The notes below the pieces were generated by a model, which was given only the letters and a program-made list of their open reading frames with translations, ran no database searches and had not been told where the DNA came from. A stretch of DNA of 18,893 bases, taken from NCBI GenBank assembly GCA_046543235.1, contig JBKGZT010000025.1, positions 1 through 18,893 of the forward strand, written 5' to 3'. The first letter of the stretch is position 1; each line of letters starts with the position of its first letter. Source of the stretch: Candidatus Acetothermia bacterium (lineage in GTDB: Bacteria; Bipolaricaulota; Bipolaricaulia; M55B111). The position numbers and the translations under genes were made by a program. Below, one piece after another: positions 14,220-18,893 of this stretch.

Positions 14220-15155
14220 ATGATGGGAAAGGTGAGCGGAGAGAAATTTTATTTTAACATGTTGCCCCTTTTAGTGTTGCTGGGCCTGCTTAGTACCGGC
14301 CAGGCACTGTATAGAATCAACGCGACCATAAACGGGCAGATTTACGATACCCCCGGCGGTGAGGTGGGGGAATTGACGCCCGGTGATTGGGGATTACCTT
14401 ACGAAGAAGTCTCGTTCAAGACGAACGACGACCTGACTATAGAAGGCTGGTTCGTTAATCGGAGGGATACCGACCGAGCGGTGATACTGGCACCGGGACG
14501 TGGAACCAATAGGTGGGACATACTTGAGAACGCACCAGTAGGTTATCTTCACGATCACGGTTTCGAGATACTTCTGTTTGATCCCCGGACGACAGGCCTG
14601 AGCGAAGGCGATATGTACGGGTTCGGTTACTTTGAGAGTCAGGATATAGTCAACGCCGTCAGGTTTTTGAAGGAGGAGAAAGGGGTAAAAAAAGTTGGGG
14701 TCTGGGGTGGTTCGGCAGGAGCGTCCGCGGCCATCATGGCCAGCCTGGAATCCGACGAGATAGGTGCAGTTGTAGCGGATAGTCCTTACGCCAATTTGCG
14801 GATGGCCGCCACGAGTTACGGTGAGAACAAGAACGACGCCCTGATGCAGGCGTTTTTCCCTTTTTACATGGGGGTTGCCAGGTTCACCCTCAACTTCGAC
14901 ATTTCCCAGAAGACAAACCTGGTGGAGAGGGTCAGGGACCTCGAAACTCCGCTTTTTCTAATACACGGCCTGGAGGATCGGGCACTGAAGCCCGAAAACT
15001 CTCAGTTGCTGTACGAAAACGCCGGAGGGTCAAAACGAATTTGGCTTGCCGAAGGTGCCTGGCACGTTGGTGCCCACGAACTGTATCCGGAGAGGTACCA
15101 GGAAGACGTAACCGAGTTTTTTGATAGCTATCTTGATAGGGGCAGGGGAAGCTAA
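14220..15155 (+). CDS. Membrane-anchored/exported alpha/beta-fold hydrolase
   Basis: N-terminal hydrophobic segment, EEVSFKT.D.LTIEGWF, FDPRTTGLSEG, nucleophile elbow GGSAG, VADSPY, IHGLED, AWH. Start moved to ATG 14220. Confidence 0.85.
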   Translation: MMGKVSGEKFYFNMLPLLVLLGLLSTGQALYRINATINGQIYDTPGGEVGELTPGDWGLPYEEVSFKTNDDLTIEGWFVNRRDTDRAVILAPGRGTNRWDILENAPVGYLHDHGFEILLFDPRTTGLSEGDMYGFGYFESQDIVNAVRFLKEEKGVKKVGVWGGSAGASAAIMASLESDEIGAVVADSPYANLRMAATSYGENKNDALMQAFFPFYMGVARFTLNFDISQKTNLVERVRDLETPLFLIHGLEDRALKPENSQLLYENAGGSKRIWLAEGAWHVGAHELYPERYQEDVTEFFDSYLDRGRGS

Positions 15156-15162
15156 CCTTAAA

Positions 15163-16251
15163 ATGAAAGTGCAAGAAGTTAAACTCAGAAATTTCCGGAA
15201 CCTGGCCGATCAGAGGATAAATCTGGACCCCAGCCTGAATTTGTTGTTTGGGCCGAACGGTTCGGGCAAAACCAACTTGTGTGAGGCGATTGCCTTCGTT
15301 TCAACCGGCGATAACCTGAAAGGTAACAGACAGGGCGAGCTAATAAAATGGGATTCTTCCTTCGCGCTCGTCCAGCTGATGACCTCGAAGGAGGACAGGA
15401 TCGTGGTCTACTTGAAAAAGGGTGATGGGAAGGAAGTAAAGGTCAACTCGAAGACTAAACGCCAGTCTGATCTGAATAACTTGATTCCGGTTCACACGTT
15501 TGTTCCGGAAGACCTATATATCTCCAAGGGAAGTCCGCGCCGGAGGCGGGAAACCCTGAACTATCAAATCAGCTCCCTGGATCATGATTACAAAAAGTCC
15601 CTGTCGGATTACCGGGCGGAACTGAAGAAGAAAAATACACTGTTAAAAAAGGAAGAGATAAACGAGGAGTTCCTGGAGGTACTGGGTCAGAGGCTGGTCG
15701 AGCTTGGAGCAAAGCTCGTGGTCAAGAGAAAGGGCTACCTGGAAAAGCTAAACGATCTCTTGCCCGAGTACTATCGAAAGTTCGTCAGCGGCGGGGGAAA
15801 GCTCAGCCTCGACTACGGGGAGGACCTTCCGGCGGAGGTGACGGAGAAAAACGTAAGGGAACTGCTTGAGGAGAGAATGGAAAGCCACCGTGAAAAAGAA
15901 CTGGAGCGTGGTACTTCCGTAGTCGGCCCCCACAGGGATAAGTTTCGCTACAGGCTGGATGGCAGGGATTTGAGAAAGTACGGGTCCCAGGGCGAATTGA
16001 GGACGGCGGTGATTTCAACCTACCTGGCTTATCTCGATCTTTACGAAGCGGAATTCGAGGACTGGCCTATATTGATCCTGGACGACATCCTAAGCGAGCT
16101 GGACAGGGATAGAGGGGAGTCGTTTCTGGAGAACCTCCCGGAGGAACCCCAGGTTATAATGACTACGGCGACGCGGAATCCGGCCTTCACCAAGCTATCC
16201 GGAGACTTTTCCGTCTTTGAAGTAGAGGAAGGAAGGGTTGAGGTGAGATGA
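15163..16251 (+). CDS. recF: DNA replication and repair protein RecF
   Basis: LRNFRN, Walker A GPNGSGKTN, P..RR, GPHRD, GSQGE signature, Walker B ILILDDILSELD. Start moved to ATG 15163. Confidence 0.93.
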   Translation: MKVQEVKLRNFRNLADQRINLDPSLNLLFGPNGSGKTNLCEAIAFVSTGDNLKGNRQGELIKWDSSFALVQLMTSKEDRIVVYLKKGDGKEVKVNSKTKRQSDLNNLIPVHTFVPEDLYISKGSPRRRRETLNYQISSLDHDYKKSLSDYRAELKKKNTLLKKEEINEEFLEVLGQRLVELGAKLVVKRKGYLEKLNDLLPEYYRKFVSGGGKLSLDYGEDLPAEVTEKNVRELLEERMESHREKELERGTSVVGPHRDKFRYRLDGRDLRKYGSQGELRTAVISTYLAYLDLYEAEFEDWPILILDDILSELDRDRGESFLENLPEEPQVIMTTATRNPAFTKLSGDFSVFEVEEGRVEVR

Positions 16252-16793
16252 CTCTGAAAATGAGTGCACTCCGGGCTGTTTTCAGGAAGAATAACTTGCT
16301 GAGCGAGTACGAAGAGCAGGAACCGGTATTCGTCTGGAACCAGGTGGCTGGAGAGGTCGGTAAGATCGCCAGGCCCAAGGAAGTGCGCGGTGATAGTCTG
16401 ATCCTGGAAGTACCGTCGGCAGCGGCCAAACAGGAACTATCCTACCTGGAAGATCAGTTTCTGGAAAAGCTAAACGAGGCACTTGAGAACAAGAAGATCC
16501 AGAAACTCAAGTTCCAGCTGGGTCGTTTTCCTTCACGGGAAAGGGCCTCCGAAGAAGACCTCGATCTGGAGGAAGTCTCCCTTTCCGAGGAGGAGAAGGA
16601 TAGAATAGATAACGCGGTTTCCGAAACCGGGCTGGATCCGCAAACGCGGGAGAGCTTAAAGCGCTTATTAGTTACGCAGAAAAAGAAAAGGAAGGTAAGA
16701 ATCGAAAACGGCTGGAACGAATGCCCTTCTTGTGGCGGCGTTTACCCGGGAGGTAAATGCCCTTATTGTGGTTCTGTAGTTCCTTCAAGTTGA
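16248..16793 (+). CDS. dciA: DciA/DUF721-family protein with C-terminal Zn ribbon
   Basis: W.QVAG...ARP.....L.LEVPSAAAKQELSY....LEKLN pattern. ATGA-coupled to recF, its usual neighbour. C-terminal CPSC...CPYC. Confidence 0.75.
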   Translation: MTLKMSALRAVFRKNNLLSEYEEQEPVFVWNQVAGEVGKIARPKEVRGDSLILEVPSAAAKQELSYLEDQFLEKLNEALENKKIQKLKFQLGRFPSRERASEEDLDLEEVSLSEEEKDRIDNAVSETGLDPQTRESLKRLLVTQKKKRKVRIENGWNECPSCGGVYPGGKCPYCGSVVPSS

Positions 16794-16928
16794 TACGGCA
16801 CCGGGGAGTCCGTAAACTTCTACGATTACAGCAAAGTTGCCTTGAGCTTGGCAACGAAACGAGAAAAATTCGCTGTTAACGGATGGTTTTCAAACTAATT
16901 TTTATAGAGAAAAGGGGCAAATTATATC

Positions 16929-17501
16929 ATGTCGATCCGGGAAAACCGTAAGAACCAAGAGAGCGTAGAAGCCACGACGATTATCGCCATAAGATCGACG
17001 GACGAGCGCAAGTCGGTAGTTGCATCGGACGGACAGGCAACCATGGAAGATACCGTGGTAAAGAACAATACCAACAAGGTCAGGGTGCTTTATGGGGGAA
17101 AGGTGCTTGCGGGCTTTGCCGGTTCGACGGCCGATGCGATGACCCTTTTCGACAAGTTCGAGGGAAAGCTGGAGCAGTACAGCGGAAAGCTCGAGAGGGC
17201 GGCCGTTGAACTAACCAAGGAATGGCGGACTGATAAAATCCTGAGGAAACTGGAGGCCCTTATGGTCGTGGTAAACGACGATTCCCTGCTCTTGATCTCC
17301 GGGGCGGGGGATGTGCTTAGGCCCGATCATAACGTGATAGGTATAGGTTCCGGCGGGTCGTATGCCCTGGCCGCCGGCAGGGCTCTGCTCGATAATTCCG
17401 AACTCAGCCCGGAGGAAGTCGCTAGAAAGGCCCTGGAAATTACTTCTTCGATAGATGTTTACACTAACGACCAGGTTTCGCTAGAAACGGTCGAATGGTA
17501 A
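16929..17501 (+). CDS. hslV: ATP-dependent protease peptidase subunit HslV
   Basis: TTIIAI..SDGQAT, AGFAGSTADA.TLF, WRTDKILRKLEA, IGSGGSYA, DVYTN. Confidence 0.96.
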   Translation: MSIRENRKNQESVEATTIIAIRSTDERKSVVASDGQATMEDTVVKNNTNKVRVLYGGKVLAGFAGSTADAMTLFDKFEGKLEQYSGKLERAAVELTKEWRTDKILRKLEALMVVVNDDSLLLISGAGDVLRPDHNVIGIGSGGSYALAAGRALLDNSELSPEEVARKALEITSSIDVYTNDQVSLETVEW

Positions 17502-17522
17502 AAGGAATTAGGAGGAAGTAGA

Positions 17523-18893
17523 ATGGTGAACTTGCCGTCGGTGAGCGATAGAGGGGAAAAGGACCTGACTCCCCGCCAGATCGTCGAGAGGCTGGACGAG
17601 TATATAATTGGCCAGGACGAGGCAAAGCGTTCGGTCTCCATTGCACTGCGGAACAGGGTGAGGAGACAGCGGGTCGAGGGCGAGATAAAAGAAGAGATAA
17701 AGCCGAAAAACATCCTGATGATCGGACCGACCGGAGTCGGGAAGACGGAGATCTCGCGCAGGCTGGCCAGGGTGGCACGGGCTCCTTTCCTTAAGGTGGA
17801 AGCTACGAAGTTCACGGAAGTAGGGTACATGGGCAGGGACGTGGAATCGATGATACGGGACCTCCTCAGCCGGGGAATAGAGATGGTGCGCCAAAGCGAG
17901 GTCGAGGAAGTTGAGGAAGATGCCCGAAAGATGGTGGAGGATAGAATCCTTGACAAGCTGCTTCCTGCCGAGGAAGCGAAGGAGGAAAGGTCCGATAGCC
18001 TGGAGCGGACCAGGGACAAGTTGAGGAGGAAACTTCGGCAGGGAGATCTTGACGAGCGGTACATTGAGGTTTCGGTTAAACAGTCCAGTTCTCCCCAGGT
18101 AGAGGTATTTTCAGACCAGGGGATGGATCAGATGGGGATCAATATGGGAGACATGCTGGGGAACATATTCCCCTCAAAGGAGGAGACGAAAAGGGTCAAG
18201 ATAAAGGAGGCCCGGGATCTCCTGTTTGACCAGGAGGTAGATAAGCTCCTGAACGAGCAGGAGATCAAACGCCGCGGCCGGGAACTGGCGGAGGAAGCAG
18301 GGATAATCTTTTTGGACGAGATAGACAAGATCGCCGGAGACAGACCGGGTGAATCGGGGGGAGAAGGTCCGGGAGTCTCCCGACAGGGCGTGCAGCGGGA
18401 CATCCTTCCCCTGCTGGAAGGTTCGACCGTGAGGAGCAAGCAGGGGACGATCAATACGGAGAACATCCTATTTATAACCGCGGGTGCCTTTAACGTCTCG
18501 AAACCGTCGGATTTGATTCCCGAGCTCCAGGGAAGGTTGCCCATCCGGGTAGAGTTGGATAGCCTGGGTGTGGACGAATTCAAGAGGATTCTGACCGAAC
18601 CCAAGGATGCTCTGGTAAAACAGTACAAGGCCCTGATGGACGTGGAGGAACTCCAGCTGGAGTTTACGGATGGTGCCATCGACGAGATTGCGCGGGCCTC
18701 GGCGCAGTTAAACGAAACTACTGAAAACATCGGTGCTCGTCGGTTGGAGACCGTGATGGAGAAGTTAATGGAGGAGATCTCGTTTGACGCTCCGGAAATG
18801 GAAAAGGGGATCATGGAAATAGACCGGGGTTACGTGAAGGACAAGCTGGAGAAGATCATCGAGGACAGGGATCTTTCCAGGTATATTCTGTGA
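17523..18893 (+). CDS. hslU: ATP-dependent protease ATPase subunit HslU
   Basis: LTPRQIV..LD.YIIGQ, GPTGVGKTE, KFTEVGY, IIFLDEIDK, GVQRDILP, ENIGARRL, C-terminal SRYIL with the stop at the window end. SD AGGAGG. Confidence 0.97.
   Translation: MVNLPSVSDRGEKDLTPRQIVERLDEYIIGQDEAKRSVSIALRNRVRRQRVEGEIKEEIKPKNILMIGPTGVGKTEISRRLARVARAPFLKVEATKFTEVGYMGRDVESMIRDLLSRGIEMVRQSEVEEVEEDARKMVEDRILDKLLPAEEAKEERSDSLERTRDKLRRKLRQGDLDERYIEVSVKQSSSPQVEVFSDQGMDQMGINMGDMLGNIFPSKEETKRVKIKEARDLLFDQEVDKLLNEQEIKRRGRELAEEAGIIFLDEIDKIAGDRPGESGGEGPGVSRQGVQRDILPLLEGSTVRSKQGTINTENILFITAGAFNVSKPSDLIPELQGRLPIRVELDSLGVDEFKRILTEPKDALVKQYKALMDVEELQLEFTDGAIDEIARASAQLNETTENIGARRLETVMEKLMEEISFDAPEMEKGIMEIDRGYVKDKLEKIIEDRDLSRYIL

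Noticed and set aside
16836-16855. GTTGCC/GGCAAC hairpin after dciA as a terminator
   Set aside because: Only a 6-bp stem with no U-tract on the plus strand.
17459-18814. Long antisense ORFs (201 aa and 228 aa) opposite hslU, and similar shadow ORFs across the window
   Set aside because: They overlap well-conserved genes, are Ser-rich mirror translations and show no recognisable motifs.

Overview
Bacterial chromosomal window of mostly housekeeping genes. Minus strand, in transcription order: tilS-rseP, an O-antigen-ligase-like/TPR membrane protein, nadE, a Dpp/Opp/Nik-type ABC module (binding protein plus two permeases, no ATPase), a PPP-family phosphatase and ychF. Then a DapF-fold (CntK-like) racemase/epimerase convergent with an archaeal-type ROK kinase. 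Plus strand: alpha/beta hydrolase-recF-dciA and hslV-hslU. The most unusual signals are non-coding. (1) A dispersed ~50-58 nt palindromic repeat with fixed asymmetric arms (TTAGCCG ... GGTGAAAGARYTGAG) around a variable hairpin occurs in three clear copies and one diverged copy. Two copies are inverted and form a 173-nt element with a perfect 15-bp terminal inverted repeat. (2) An IS200/IS605-type right-end hairpin lies at the left edge of the window. (3) Three SD-less genes share a TTGTWN-17-TAWAAT-8/9nt-ATG leaderless promoter layout. Proteins look Glu-rich, suggesting a salt-adapted organism (inference). All family assignments come from motif recognition; no searches were run.
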